A stretch of DNA of 62,839 nucleotides, taken from positions 1-62,839 of IMG/VR virus record IMGVR_UViG_3300044844_000500; one strand, given 5' to 3'. Below, in pieces: positions 36,324 to 45,762 of the stretch (position 1 is its first letter; each line of letters starts with the position of its first letter). The notes beneath the pieces were generated by a model. The model had not been told where the DNA came from. It saw nothing but the letters and a program-made list of their open reading frames with translations, and did no database searches. The position numbers and the translations under genes are program-made. Source of the stretch: a virus (taxonomy: Duplodnaviria; Caudoviricetes).

Positions 36324-37625
36324 TTACGAGACAACCGGAACCCAGACCACTGTGTTCCCGTCATTAACAATTTGCCATGTTATGGCTTGACCATCATCCA
36401 CGGCCTGCCAATTAACAGTCTGACTGCTATCGACTCCCTGCCAACTTGAGGCTTGCGCATCATTTACAGCTTGCCAGTTGGGAACTTGATCGTCGTTGAT
36501 TACACTCCATACCAACGCCGATGATACAAATCCGGTCGCTGTTACTCCAATGGGATAGACAGTTGCATTGCCCGCCACCGTAACAGCACCAACAGCGCTC
36601 GTGCCGGCTACCCCTGATACGGGCACGTCCGCGCCCGCCTGTGCCTGCGCAATGCCAACTTCACCCGTTGCAAAGACGCCTGTTACATTGACATCGACGC
36701 CACAGATTACGCTAACGCTGCCCACCGCGCCAGTAGCGGAAAGTCCCGTTACAGAAACAATGGCGTCTGCGGTGATCGCTACCGTGCCGACCGCGCCATT
36801 GGCCGCGATACCGGTAACGGCAACATTAGCAGTCCCAGTTGTGGTTACAGAACCAACGAATCCGGAAGCCGTGACACCAGTGACAAAAATATCCGCATTA
36901 GCTGAAACGGTGACTTGGCCAACTTGGCCCAATGCGGCTAAACCACTAACGGGTACGTTACCCTGACCAGAAACGGCAACTTGGCCAACATTTCCGGTTG
37001 CCGAAATTCCGGTCAACGAAATGTCGGCTGTACCCGTGACATTTACCGTGCCAACTGCGCCAGTCGCTGAGAGGCCGGTAACAGGTACATCGGCACCCGC
37101 TTGGGCTACAACCTGCCCAACCAGCCCCGTTCCAGCTACGCCAGTTAGAGTAACCAGGGCCGTGCCGGTAACCGCACCGGACCCAACGCTGCCCGTCGCC
37201 GATAGGCCCGTAACAGAAACATTGGCCGCGCCAGCGACCGCAACTGACCCAACGCTGCCTGTTGCAGATAACCCTGTAACAGAGACATTAGCCGCACCAG
37301 CAACCGTAACCGACCCGACGTTGCCTGTTGCAGATAACCCCGTAACAGAAACATTGGCTGTTCCCGTTACAGTGACCGACCCGACGTTGCCTGTTGCAGA
37401 TAGCCCCGTAACAGAAACATTGGCTGTTCCCGTTACAGTGACCGACCCGACGTTACCGGTAGCCGAGACCCCAGTAACCGATACGCCTACTCCCTCGGCA
37501 ACAGTAACTGTTCCAACCGCACCCGTACCGGTGGGCAGAGCCGCAAGACTCTGCCCCCACGGGTCGTCACCCCAGCCTACGCCGGAGGCATTCCACCCTT
37601 GGAATGCAACGGTTGCATCAGCCAC
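36324..37625 (-). CDS. Val/Thr/Gly-repeat fibre-like virion protein
   Basis: 22-aa VxVTGxxATGxVGxVxV repeats; C-terminal 11-aa Trp repeats. Confidence 0.8.
   Translation of the reverse strand: MADATVAFQGWNASGVGWGDDPWGQSLAALPTGTGAVGTVTVAEGVGVSVTGVSATGNVGSVTVTGTANVSVTGLSATGNVGSVTVTGTANVSVTGLSATGNVGSVTVAGAANVSVTGLSATGSVGSVAVAGAANVSVTGLSATGSVGSGAVTGTALVTLTGVAGTGLVGQVVAQAGADVPVTGLSATGAVGTVNVTGTADISLTGISATGNVGQVAVSGQGNVPVSGLAALGQVGQVTVSANADIFVTGVTASGFVGSVTTTGTANVAVTGIAANGAVGTVAITADAIVSVTGLSATGAVGSVSVICGVDVNVTGVFATGEVGIAQAQAGADVPVSGVAGTSAVGAVTVAGNATVYPIGVTATGFVSSALVWSVINDDQVPNWQAVNDAQASSWQGVDSSQTVNWQAVDDGQAITWQIVNDGNTVVWVPVVS
37185..37455. repeat. 66-bp coding tandem repeat, about 4 units
   Basis: Units starting 37321 and 37387 differ at one base. 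Confidence 0.85.
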
Positions 37626-37634
37626 CTAGACTCC

Positions 37635-38072
37635 TTAAGCAATCCGAATGATCGCACTGGTCGAGTCAGCAGTCGGGAAGATGATAGTAAAGGTGCCGCT
37701 GGTTGAGGTCTTAGCGCCCCCAAAGTCCAGCACAACAACGGATGGATCGCCCACTGCACTGTCGTTGTAAATCAAAGCGCCATATGCTGTGATGGTGGCG
37801 CTGGTGAAGGACAGGTCAGCAAAATCCGTGAACGCCGTTGTACCAGAGCTGGTCGGAGTCACATTTGTCAACGTGCCGCCGCCCGCCGAATACGTACCAG
37901 AAGCCCCAACCTCACCAGAAGACGTGTAAGCCGTAGTGGCGGCAGTAAACGACGGGGTATTGTCGTACAACGCCAACTTGAACGTGTTACCCGTACCATT
38001 GGTAAAGTTGTGCACGGCTTGCATAAGTTCGACTTTGAAGCTGGTACACATAAAGTTGCCAGAGAAGGCCAT
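37635..38072 (-). CDS. Virion structural protein
   Basis: MCTSFKVEL...FKLALY...VLDFGG..TST.GTFTI.FP. Confidence 0.8.
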   Translation of the reverse strand: MAFSGNFMCTSFKVELMQAVHNFTNGTGNTFKLALYDNTPSFTAATTAYTSSGEVGASGTYSAGGGTLTNVTPTSSGTTAFTDFADLSFTSATITAYGALIYNDSAVGDPSVVVLDFGGAKTSTSGTFTIIFPTADSTSAIIRIA

Positions 38073-38074
38073 GA

Positions 38075-38362
38075 TCACTCTCCAATTAAATGAACAAGTT
38101 CAGGATGACCGGCCTCGCGAACCCGCATGGCAATCGTGGCACGATCCTGTTCAACAGCTTCTTTCAAATAAAACGCCACAACTTGCCGCACGGCATCCTT
38201 GAAGGCTCGAGCTTGTGCCTGAACAGCCGGATGAGACTTGTCCCCAACATACACAATTTTGTCAGCGGCGCGTTGCGCTAACTCTTCGATCGTCCAGCCC
38301 CGGTGTTCAGTCGTAGCAACCTGAACACCGCTAGTGAGCACTGGTGCTGAAACTGTAATCAT
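38075..38362 (-). CDS. Conserved virion-module protein
   Basis: 95-aa coupled ORF. Confidence 0.75.
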   Translation of the reverse strand: MITVSAPVLTSGVQVATTEHRGWTIEELAQRAADKIVYVGDKSHPAVQAQARAFKDAVRQVVAFYLKEAVEQDRATIAMRVREAGHPELVHLIGE

Positions 38363-39015
38363 GGCCCTGGAGACTCCGATTTAAGCGGAATGCGCAGCAT
38401 TCCGTCTCTGTATTCATCCCGACGACGACGGCCTTGCTGTTCATTGCCAAGACCCTGTAGCGCCTCTTGATATGCTGCTCGGAAATAGTCCATCATTTCT
38501 TTTGGACCCTTAGTGTAGCTGTATGCCTGAATCAGGCAGGCGTACAACAGTGCTTCAGGCGCGTTATTACTGATCCACGTCGTAGTGTTTGTTGACGACA
38601 ACTGCGCGGGCCGGTAGATGTATCCCATCTCAGCCGTAAACGACGCATTAGGCGTTGGCGCCACGTAGAACGTGTTTTGATCCCATACGGAGTAGTACTT
38701 TGGGACGCCTGTACTTGCACCATTCGGCCAATACTCCTTCATGAAGGACGTGTCCCGAAAATCCAAAAAAATCTGATCCGTTCCCGACGTGATCATCAGG
38801 TATCGATGGGTCAGTATGTCCGATGGCGCCGTCAAAAACTTGTTGCCCGAAGTCATGTTGCCACTGACCTCGAGCTTGAACACGTCCAAATCAATCTGGC
38901 GAAGGATCTGGTTCTCCGCCATGGTGATGAAGGTATTGATCACAGAGTTTGTGAACACATTTGCGTTCACCTCTGTGTAATTCCGGATGTTGGTGACAAG
39001 CTCATCGTAGGTCAT
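38359..39015 (-). CDS. Head-tail adaptor-like protein
   Basis: FITMAE..I.R, G.PKYY, APTP, P.ALLYACL.QA. Confidence 0.75.
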   Translation of the reverse strand: MTYDELVTNIRNYTEVNANVFTNSVINTFITMAENQILRQIDLDVFKLEVSGNMTSGNKFLTAPSDILTHRYLMITSGTDQIFLDFRDTSFMKEYWPNGASTGVPKYYSVWDQNTFYVAPTPNASFTAEMGYIYRPAQLSSTNTTTWISNNAPEALLYACLIQAYSYTKGPKEMMDYFRAAYQEALQGLGNEQQGRRRRDEYRDGMLRIPLKSESPGP

Positions 39016-39362
39016 GACGTGCTCACTGTGACAGACCCGACGGAACCCAAGGCAATGAGCGCTTGGCCCTGTACATAAGGCCGCATGTCGTTGGTGCCTC
39101 GCGCACTACCATAGCTCTGAAAAGCGGTGAAGCCGGGAGCCCCAACAAAAACAGAGACCGGTTCGATCCGATCAGGCCTCGGATCGCGTAGCGCAATCGC
39201 ATCACCTCGATAGCGCAACGGCTCGAGCTGCGGCTCTTTAGGCTCATAGTCGTCTGGGCAGACCATGTAGCCTTCCCAGTTCTTGCGCAAGACATTGTAC
39301 GGATACCGCTGTCCGCAGAAGTCGCAGAGCGCAAGCGCGTATTTGCCAGTTGCATACGCCAC
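39012..39362 (-). CDS. Cys-containing virion-module protein
   Basis: CDFCG.RY...VCPDDYEPKEPQL...DPRPD. Confidence 0.75.
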   Translation of the reverse strand: MAYATGKYALALCDFCGQRYPYNVLRKNWEGYMVCPDDYEPKEPQLEPLRYRGDAIALRDPRPDRIEPVSVFVGAPGFTAFQSYGSARGTNDMRPYVQGQALIALGSVGSVTVSTS

Positions 39363-39363
39363 T

Positions 39364-40029
39364 TCACACCCCTAGATCGGGCACAAACTGCACGCTGGCA
39401 GTGTCCCGATCTTCCAAAGCGGCTCGCTGAAAGTCCTCTTCGTAAATCGCCTTGAGCGCCGCTGACCGATCAGGAGCAAACTTGAGCGACAGGTAGTAGG
39501 CAAGGCCCGACGCCAAGCACGGCAAGAACCTAAAGTTTACGTCCGCCGTGTTGGTGTAGTCGCCCGCATCTTGGATGCGGCGGATGCGATAGTAGACAAA
39601 GGTGTAGTTCTGATCGGCCGCAGGGTAGAAAAAAACCTTCGGTGTGTTGGTCCGCTGCACATAAAACTGCGCCGGCCGCGCCTCTGAGGTCTTGTTCGGG
39701 ACGTTCAGCCAGTCCTCGCGACTGATGCGTTCAATGTAGACGTCAGTGTTAGTGCCTTGGCTGTTTTGGCGGATGATCGCCTCCAACACGTTCACCGTGT
39801 CGGTCGGCAACGTGATCTCATTGACGCCTTGCGTCAACGCGTATGTCGCCTGCTCGATGGTCCAAAGGTTCAAACCACGATTGGCCCAGTCCAAGAAAAG
39901 CAGATTGAGCGAGCGGCGTGCGGTGTTGAGCTGATATCCGCTCTGCGGCCGCATGCCACAACGCTCAAACGCCTCCTCAACAAGGTCGTCAATCGACAGG
40001 TTGAAGTCAGTGGTGCCCGAGGTGGCCAT
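39364..40029 (-). CDS. Head-tail adaptor (tail tubular protein A-like)
   Basis: EEAFERCG, ARRSLNL...WANRGLNLW, RFLPCLASGLAYYL. Confidence 0.8.
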   Translation of the reverse strand: MATSGTTDFNLSIDDLVEEAFERCGMRPQSGYQLNTARRSLNLLFLDWANRGLNLWTIEQATYALTQGVNEITLPTDTVNVLEAIIRQNSQGTNTDVYIERISREDWLNVPNKTSEARPAQFYVQRTNTPKVFFYPAADQNYTFVYYRIRRIQDAGDYTNTADVNFRFLPCLASGLAYYLSLKFAPDRSAALKAIYEEDFQRAALEDRDTASVQFVPDLGV

Positions 40030-40254
40030 TTAGGAGCACATCCCGCCTTTGCGATAGCCCTTGACCATCCCACCGCCCATGTAGCCCTTGACCTTTTTGC
40101 CCATGGCCATGCGCTTGTGCTGATTGATCGCGCCGCCCTTGGACATCATCACAGGACCCGTCTTTTTGCTGGTCTCAGAGACCATCTTGTTGGCTGGACC
40201 GCTCTCCACGGCACCACCGCCACGCGTCGCGCAACCCATTCCACGTCCGGCCAT
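40030..40254 (-). CDS. Small basic K/M/G-rich peptide
   Basis: GRGMGCATRGG, MSKGG, YMGGG, YRKGG. Confidence 0.75.
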   Translation of the reverse strand: MAGRGMGCATRGGGAVESGPANKMVSETSKKTGPVMMSKGGAINQHKRMAMGKKVKGYMGGGMVKGYRKGGMCS

Positions 40255-40256
40255 GA

Positions 40257-40424
40257 TTATTTCCCCTTTTTCATTGCCCGACCGCGCGCGTCAGCGGTCT
40301 TGGTTTTCATGGCACGGCCCATCTTGTCCGCCATGCCGCCCTTTTTCATCTTGCCCACGCCATCGGCCGCGAAAGAAGGCACCATTTTGCCTCCTTTTTT
40401 GACCATCTTCATCTTGCCCATCAT
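40257..40424 (-). CDS. Small basic K/M/G-rich peptide
   Basis: VKKGG, VPSFAADGVGKMKKGG. Confidence 0.7.
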   Translation of the reverse strand: MMGKMKMVKKGGKMVPSFAADGVGKMKKGGMADKMGRAMKTKTADARGRAMKKGK

Positions 40425-40428
40425 CGGA

Positions 40429-40674
40429 TTACCCTGCCTTTCGGATTTCGTCCAGTTTTGCTTCCAGACGGTTAAACCGTTGATCAACGTGGCTGACAAA
40501 ACGATCGATTCGCTCGTCAACCTCCTTACGCGTGACATGGTCGCGCGCCACTTCCTCGCGGGTTTTGTTGAGAAGGATGCCTAAACGCGCCAATTCATCC
40601 ACCTTACTCTTCAACAAAAACCCCATGACACCTACCACCGCAGTCAAAACCACGTTCCAGACCATCATTTCCAC
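40429..40674 (-). CDS. Small membrane-anchored coiled-coil protein
   Basis: N-terminal TM helix; LLNKTREEVARD; RLEAKLD. Confidence 0.75.
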   Translation of the reverse strand: MEMMVWNVVLTAVVGVMGFLLKSKVDELARLGILLNKTREEVARDHVTRKEVDERIDRFVSHVDQRFNRLEAKLDEIRKAG

Positions 40675-40677
40675 AGG

Positions 40678-40965
40678 TTAGCACCTCCATCGCCTGCGCG
40701 CCTGTCGAATTCGACTGTTTGGATCCTTGGCTGCCTCTGGAAACATCTTCATCTGGCCCGCCGATCGCGCGCAAAACGACGCCCGTCGTTTAGAACGAGC
40801 GGGCGACGGGTCCTTTTCAGTCACTGCCGTTTGCAGCTTGCTACCAGGGTTGGCACGCCGGTAAGCGGTCACCCCCTTTTTGGTCATGCCAGCACCTTGC
40901 TTGGTGGGTCGGAAATTGCCCGACTTCACCGAAGTTTTGATGCCCATGCCCTTTTTGGTAGCCAT
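40678..40965 (-). CDS. Small basic protein (DUF6321-like)
   Basis: NPGSKL...RRASFCAR...DPNSR...RRRWRC. Confidence 0.8.
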   Translation of the reverse strand: MATKKGMGIKTSVKSGNFRPTKQGAGMTKKGVTAYRRANPGSKLQTAVTEKDPSPARSKRRASFCARSAGQMKMFPEAAKDPNSRIRQARRRWRC

Positions 40966-41267
40966 TACGCAGCAGCCCCGCCCTCAAAAAGCAGCGTCAC
41001 ACTGGTGATCTCGGCCGAGCTCAGGTCAATATAGATCCCGTTCTCAAATAAGATCCCCATGTCGGGGATGATGAGATCCTGCGAGCCAATTGCTGCGGGC
41101 GACGACAACGTCAACTTGGCCGTACCACCACTCGTGCTCCCGTCCTTGAGAGTAATCGTGGCAGAGGTAGCCGTGTGCGTGAAGTAGACCCCCAGCAAAC
41201 GCGTGCGGCCAGAGACCGCTGCCGCAGCAGCAGTCTTCCGTACCGACTGAATGTTGCTGAAGCTCAT
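40965..41267 (-). CDS. Small beta-rich virion protein
   Basis: IPDMGILFENGIY; head operon. Confidence 0.75.
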   Translation of the reverse strand: MSFSNIQSVRKTAAAAAVSGRTRLLGVYFTHTATSATITLKDGSTSGGTAKLTLSSPAAIGSQDLIIPDMGILFENGIYIDLSSAEITSVTLLFEGGAAA

Positions 41268-41279
41268 GACGGCCTCCTA

Positions 41280-41990
41280 TTAACGGGTGGCCGCTGCGAA
41301 GATGTAGTCAACAGTGGTCGTCCGAGTCCCCGTGGCACTGCCCGACAGCGACATGGCGGCAAGCGCCAGCTCGGTCGTCGGAATGTTAGTGCTGTGATAA
41401 GCAACCTGGGTGCGGTCGATGTAGAAGAACACTTGGCCCGTGCCCACGACCCGAATGCCTAGCGTCACATACGTGTTGTCAACGAGGTCAATACCCGAGT
41501 CCGTGGAGGTTTCGGTGCCGCCCGACTCGGTCTTGCACAGGATCGATGCATTGCCGTCGTCGATCTGGAAGCAGATCCGATCGGCAGCGGTCAGCATGTT
41601 CTCGGGGTTGGTCGCAAAGTTTACCGTCAGGCCCACGCAAATGTCGGTCTGATCAGCGTCGTTGCACTTGATTTTGGTCTCAAACCAAAGCGACTTGTCC
41701 GCTTGCGCTTTGAAGATCTCATTGCCCTGCACCGACGCGCCGTCGTTGTCGGTCGTAGCGGCAGAGGTCAGCTCGAGAACACCGTTGACAATATCCGCGC
41801 CAATGCCGGCCGAGGCTCCAGAGTCTTTGACCACGGTCCAGTCATTGGTCGAATCCAGCGCAACAGCCGTGAAGTCGTCCATGTACGTGACGACGTCAGT
41901 GTCAACAGCGGTGGTGAGATCGGTGCCCCAGGCACCGGTTGCGCCTTTTCCAGAGTACTGGAGCGGGCCGGAGTAGTGGGTAGCAGCCAT
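41280..41990 (-). CDS. Capsid decoration/minor capsid protein (lectin-like fold candidate)
   Basis: ATG 41990 with GAGGA SD; THYSGP N-terminus; directly after MCP. Confidence 0.7.
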   Translation of the reverse strand: MAATHYSGPLQYSGKGATGAWGTDLTTAVDTDVVTYMDDFTAVALDSTNDWTVVKDSGASAGIGADIVNGVLELTSAATTDNDGASVQGNEIFKAQADKSLWFETKIKCNDADQTDICVGLTVNFATNPENMLTAADRICFQIDDGNASILCKTESGGTETSTDSGIDLVDNTYVTLGIRVVGTGQVFFYIDRTQVAYHSTNIPTTELALAAMSLSGSATGTRTTTVDYIFAAATR

Positions 41991-41995
41991 AACTT

Positions 41996-42075
41996 TCCTC
42001 ACATGCGAGTGATAGTGCGCCTGTCTGCATGTCGTCAGCCGGGACTGTCAGACGCACCGAGAATGACCCCGGAAT
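41996..42075 (-). ncRNA. Structured RNA downstream of the major capsid gene, probably Mu-gpT-DE-like
   Basis: Three interleaved pairings (CCGGGG/UCCCGG, GUGCGUCUG/CAGGCGCAC, ACAUGC/GCAUGU); lies after a gpT-like MCP. Confidence 0.6.
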
Positions 42076-42105
42076 GCCCTCAATATACTCGATGTTGAGG
42101 GAAAG

Positions 42106-42130
42106 AAAAAGGGGGCCGAAGCCCCCTTTT
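42106..42130 (-). terminator. Intrinsic terminator after MCP
   Basis: GGGGGC-UUCG-GCCCCC then UUUUUCUUU; A/T tracts on both sides. Confidence 0.9.
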
Positions 42131-42138
42131 CTAGGCCA

Positions 42139-43044
42139 TCAGGCCCCAGGCGATCCAAACAAGCCGCGCGGATCGCTAAAGCCGAAGCTGTAGCGCTCGC
42201 GAGCCTTGTAGCGGACGTTGCCAGTGTCGAAGTCGCCCTCGAAACCGGTCTTGATCGCCACGCGCGAGAACATCTTCATGCCGTTCGGCGCATCGGTCTT
42301 GATGAACCATGCGTCGGGGTCGGTCAGGAAGTGGTTCACAGTGTAGCCCTGCGGAACCATGCCCATGTTCCGAACCGCGTTGATGTCGTTGTCAGCCGTG
42401 CCAACACGAAGCGTGGACTTCATGATGCGGTCGGCAGTAAACATCAGCTCTTTCGGAATGATGAGCTTTAGGCCCTGAACAGCGATCTTCAGGCCACGCT
42501 CGTCCGTGAACGCGGCGATGTCGATCAGCGCCTGCTCAAGGGAGGTCTCAGACAGGTCAGCCGGAACGGTCAGCTCGTTCTTCAGGTCCGGGCCGCCCAG
42601 GGTCGGGTGATCCAGAGCACAAAGAGGCTTGCCGTCACCGCCGATCGAGGTGTCGAACGCGCCATTGAGCACGGCCGCCGCCTTGATCTGCTTGGTCTGC
42701 GACATCGAACGGGCCAGCGCCTTGGTGTAACGCGCAGACAGACGATCGTAGAGGTTGTCCTCCACGGCTTCTTCGGTCAGCGAGAACGCCAGCGCGATGG
42801 TCTCGTGCGTGTAGCGAGCGGTGTAGACTTCTTGCGCTTGGTCGTATGCAACGCCAGCACCTTCGGTCTTGACCGGAGCCTCGCCGAAGCCCGATTCCAT
42901 CACCTCTTCCTCGAACGCGCGGTCAGAGGTCTCGATTGCATAAATTTCGGTGTGTTCCTGCTCGTAGTTTTTGTACTCCAAGCCGAACAGAGCATTGAGA
43001 CCGGGCTCAAGCTCTTTCACCAGTTGTGCACGTGAAATTGCCAT
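42139..43044 (-). CDS. Major capsid protein (Mu gpT-like HK97 fold)
   Basis: MAISRAQLVKELEPGLNALFGLEY...YKARERYSFGFSDPRG; follows scaffold. Confidence 0.92.
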   Translation of the reverse strand: MAISRAQLVKELEPGLNALFGLEYKNYEQEHTEIYAIETSDRAFEEEVMESGFGEAPVKTEGAGVAYDQAQEVYTARYTHETIALAFSLTEEAVEDNLYDRLSARYTKALARSMSQTKQIKAAAVLNGAFDTSIGGDGKPLCALDHPTLGGPDLKNELTVPADLSETSLEQALIDIAAFTDERGLKIAVQGLKLIIPKELMFTADRIMKSTLRVGTADNDINAVRNMGMVPQGYTVNHFLTDPDAWFIKTDAPNGMKMFSRVAIKTGFEGDFDTGNVRYKARERYSFGFSDPRGLFGSPGA

Positions 43045-43046
43045 GA

Positions 43047-43628
43047 TTAAGCTCCTTGACCGGCAACACCAGCACTACCGTACAGGTGCTCGTTAATCTT
43101 CACCACAACCACAGCATTGGTGCCAAAAGTGTTGCCTGGAACATCCCACAGGCCAACAATCTTCAGGTTCAATGCGGCCGTTTTGTCAATGGTGGACGAA
43201 TCCAGTTCCATCGTCGAAACGCCCGTGGTCGTGCTACCGCCGGTACCCACAACGTCAGCGTTCATCCCCACTTGAGTCTGAGCAACCGACTCATCTACTT
43301 GGATGATGAACAACTGGTTGGGATCATCAATCACGTCGGCGATGATCTTGCCTTGCGTGATGTTGATCGAACCTGGATAAAAATTCTTCCAAGTCGGCTT
43401 GCCAGTGGTTGGGTCAATGTAATTGCAGCCGTTAAACACACCCACCGCAGCGGTATGGGTTGCAGGTGCAAACTTGACGAGGTAACCGTCATAAACGGTG
43501 ACCAAGTCGCCTTGGTAAATCGCCCCGGACTGGTTATCGGCAATCTCGTATCCGTACTGCTTTTGGCCGCCAGTGGCGGACAGATTGCCGAGGGCACGCA
43601 GACCAAAGGGCTTGTCAACATTAGCCAT
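43047..43628 (-). CDS. Capsid cement/decoration protein
   Basis: MANVDKPFGLR, IYQGDLV, VGVFNGC, DDPN. Confidence 0.7.
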   Translation of the reverse strand: MANVDKPFGLRALGNLSATGGQKQYGYEIADNQSGAIYQGDLVTVYDGYLVKFAPATHTAAVGVFNGCNYIDPTTGKPTWKNFYPGSINITQGKIIADVIDDPNQLFIIQVDESVAQTQVGMNADVVGTGGSTTTGVSTMELDSSTIDKTAALNLKIVGLWDVPGNTFGTNAVVVVKINEHLYGSAGVAGQGA

Positions 43629-43649
43629 TTGATGGTTCCTTCAAAGGGG

Positions 43650-44144
43650 TTACTGGTCTTTCGACCCGCCAAATGAGACTCGAGATCTGCGGGTTGGGCG
43701 TTCGATGACCATGCTCGAATGCGCATTGGCCTTCATCAGCTCATTGTCCGCAGCTTGAAGCTGATCTCCCGCTCGTTGTTGGTAGTACGCGTTTCGTTCC
43801 TGAACTGTCTCTTCGGGGATACGGGCCAGAAGAAGGGCACCGACGCTAATCACGCCAGCATGCCGACCATCTTCAGGACTGGATGAGTGAAAGTCAGGGT
43901 ATTCATCGGCACGTACCAGTTCGTAGCCTTCGCGAAGACGGCCTGCGACGTTGGTACGGTCTTGAATGCCTGCTGATTCAGCTCGAATCCAGCGGTGTTT
44001 GTATCCGGGAGGCGGCTCAGGTGCATCAAGCCGCGAAGGTGCCTGCCACGGACGACGTCGCGTAATCTTCGCGCGAAGCTCTGCGTCTCGCGAAGTACGG
44101 TTAAGAGCTGGAGCAGCTCCTACTACAGGTTTAACGTCACTCAT
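43650..44144 (-). CDS. Head-module protein
   Basis: W..PS.LDAP.PPPGYKHRWIR, REGYELV, LLLARIP. Confidence 0.75.
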   Translation of the reverse strand: MSDVKPVVGAAPALNRTSRDAELRAKITRRRPWQAPSRLDAPEPPPGYKHRWIRAESAGIQDRTNVAGRLREGYELVRADEYPDFHSSSPEDGRHAGVISVGALLLARIPEETVQERNAYYQQRAGDQLQAADNELMKANAHSSMVIERPTRRSRVSFGGSKDQ

Positions 44145-44146
44145 GA

Positions 44147-45076
44147 TCACTCCTTCACGTACTTGGCGTATTCCTCAAGCGGAACACCCAGTTTTTTGGC
44201 AATGGCCACCTGACTTGGAGTCAGACGTACCGTGCGGCGTGCAGCTTGGTTGATCCCGGAAGACCGGGAAGCGGGTGCGACCGGCTGCACGTTACGCGCC
44301 GCCCCGTTTTGCGCACCGGAAAACTTCTTTGGAAAAGCGTCCCGGATACGTCGATCCAATTCATGATAGTACTCGTCAGAGCTGGCGTCAAACCCCTCCG
44401 CCTCAATTAGCTGACGGTGTATGCCCCACGCAGCATGTGTCATGGCCGTATCGCGCCCATACCACGGGTTGCGCTCCGCCCAATCCTCTACCTTTGGATC
44501 GACCTGACGTTGCTGCTGTGCAGGCTGTTGATATGCCACCTGCTGCGCGGCTTGCTGCTGTTGCGCTACAAGATTCTGCTCATAGGCTTGGCGCTGCGCA
44601 TTTTGCGCCTGGACAGAGGCCTGCTCCATTGTCAGCGAAGTCAGGCGCTGTTGTGCCTCTGTTTCCGTGTCAACGTCGCCTTCTTCGCGCGCTTTGCGAA
44701 TGATCTGCTTAAGCGCCATGACCTGCGTTTCAATACGGCCCGTAGCCTCGGCCACGCGCTGCTGATCCGTGTTCAGGTACTGGTATTCAAGCTGCTGGGC
44801 CCGCGCCTGTACGTTTCGTGCGTAATCAAGTGCCGCCTGCTCGCGTCGCTGCGTCTCCCGCAGCCGCGCCGTCAGTTTGTCGATCCGTTTTTTGACGTTT
44901 TCGCTGTATTGATCCAGCTCGCCTCGGTCACCGTGATCACTTTGATCGCCGCTGGGGGCAACAACCTCCGGGGGCTGTGGCTTGTCAATGACTTCTGCCT
45001 GCCCGTCCTCACTAAGCCTGACGGTGGCGGGTGCTTCGTCCTCTCCAATCTTAAACTCCAACTGCTCACCACTCAT
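44147..45076 (-). CDS. Capsid scaffolding protein
   Basis: Acidic N-terminus, coiled coil, C-terminal VRLTPSQVAIAKKLGVPLEEYAK. Confidence 0.85.
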   Translation of the reverse strand: MSGEQLEFKIGEDEAPATVRLSEDGQAEVIDKPQPPEVVAPSGDQSDHGDRGELDQYSENVKKRIDKLTARLRETQRREQAALDYARNVQARAQQLEYQYLNTDQQRVAEATGRIETQVMALKQIIRKAREEGDVDTETEAQQRLTSLTMEQASVQAQNAQRQAYEQNLVAQQQQAAQQVAYQQPAQQQRQVDPKVEDWAERNPWYGRDTAMTHAAWGIHRQLIEAEGFDASSDEYYHELDRRIRDAFPKKFSGAQNGAARNVQPVAPASRSSGINQAARRTVRLTPSQVAIAKKLGVPLEEYAKYVKE

Positions 45077-45087
45077 GATGCTCTCCT

Positions 45088-45561
45088 TTACATGTGCAGA
45101 ATGTTTTCTGGATCACTGACCACGCCCAAAACCTCGTCGTCATTGATCAAACGGATCTCCCCACCATCGATGGGAATGCGTGCGCCTGCATATCGGCCGA
45201 AAATGATCCAGTCCCCCTCCTTGCACCACGCGCCGGTGGGAAATTTGGACTCATCGTTGTACGCCAGACTGCCAACCTTCAATACGTAGCCGCAAACGGT
45301 CGCAAGATTGGATTTGCGCTGAGTCTCCTCGGCCAAAACAATTCCGCCCTTGCTTTTTTCCGCGCCACGATAAGGAAGAATCGCGATCCGCCAACCTGTA
45401 GGCGTTGGGATACGATCCAGTACAGTCTCATGAAGCTTTGACGGGTCAAAGCCGTCCTCGGTATACGAGTCCTCAAGCCTTGGTCCCTTGTTCTCAGCCT
45501 CTTCGCGCCACTTGCGCTCCAATGCCGTCAAGCTTTCGTCTGCTACAGCTTCCATCTGCAT
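45088..45561 (-). CDS. groES: GroES/Cpn10-like co-chaperonin
   Basis: PTGWRI, KSKGGIVL, WCKEGDWIIFGRYAG, RLINDDEVL. Confidence 0.9.
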   Translation of the reverse strand: MQMEAVADESLTALERKWREEAENKGPRLEDSYTEDGFDPSKLHETVLDRIPTPTGWRIAILPYRGAEKSKGGIVLAEETQRKSNLATVCGYVLKVGSLAYNDESKFPTGAWCKEGDWIIFGRYAGARIPIDGGEIRLINDDEVLGVVSDPENILHM

Positions 45562-45564
45562 CTC

Positions 45565-45762
45565 CTAGTCAAGAAGGTCTTCGTCCGAATGCTTTTTCAA
45601 AAGCCCTTTCACGGATTCTTCGACCATCCTCAACCCTTCGAGCCGTCCCATCATGAAGCGATAGCGCTCCATGTCGGCAATCGTGCCGTTTAGCACGATC
45701 TGCTCTGACTGATGCTGTAGCTTTCTGACTTCTTTCAGAACTGCTTCTGCAAATTCGAGCAT
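45565..45762 (-). CDS. Small head-module protein
   Basis: ERYRFMMGRLEGL motif; between portal and GroES. Confidence 0.75.
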   Translation of the reverse strand: MLEFAEAVLKEVRKLQHQSEQIVLNGTIADMERYRFMMGRLEGLRMVEESVKGLLKKHSDEDLLD

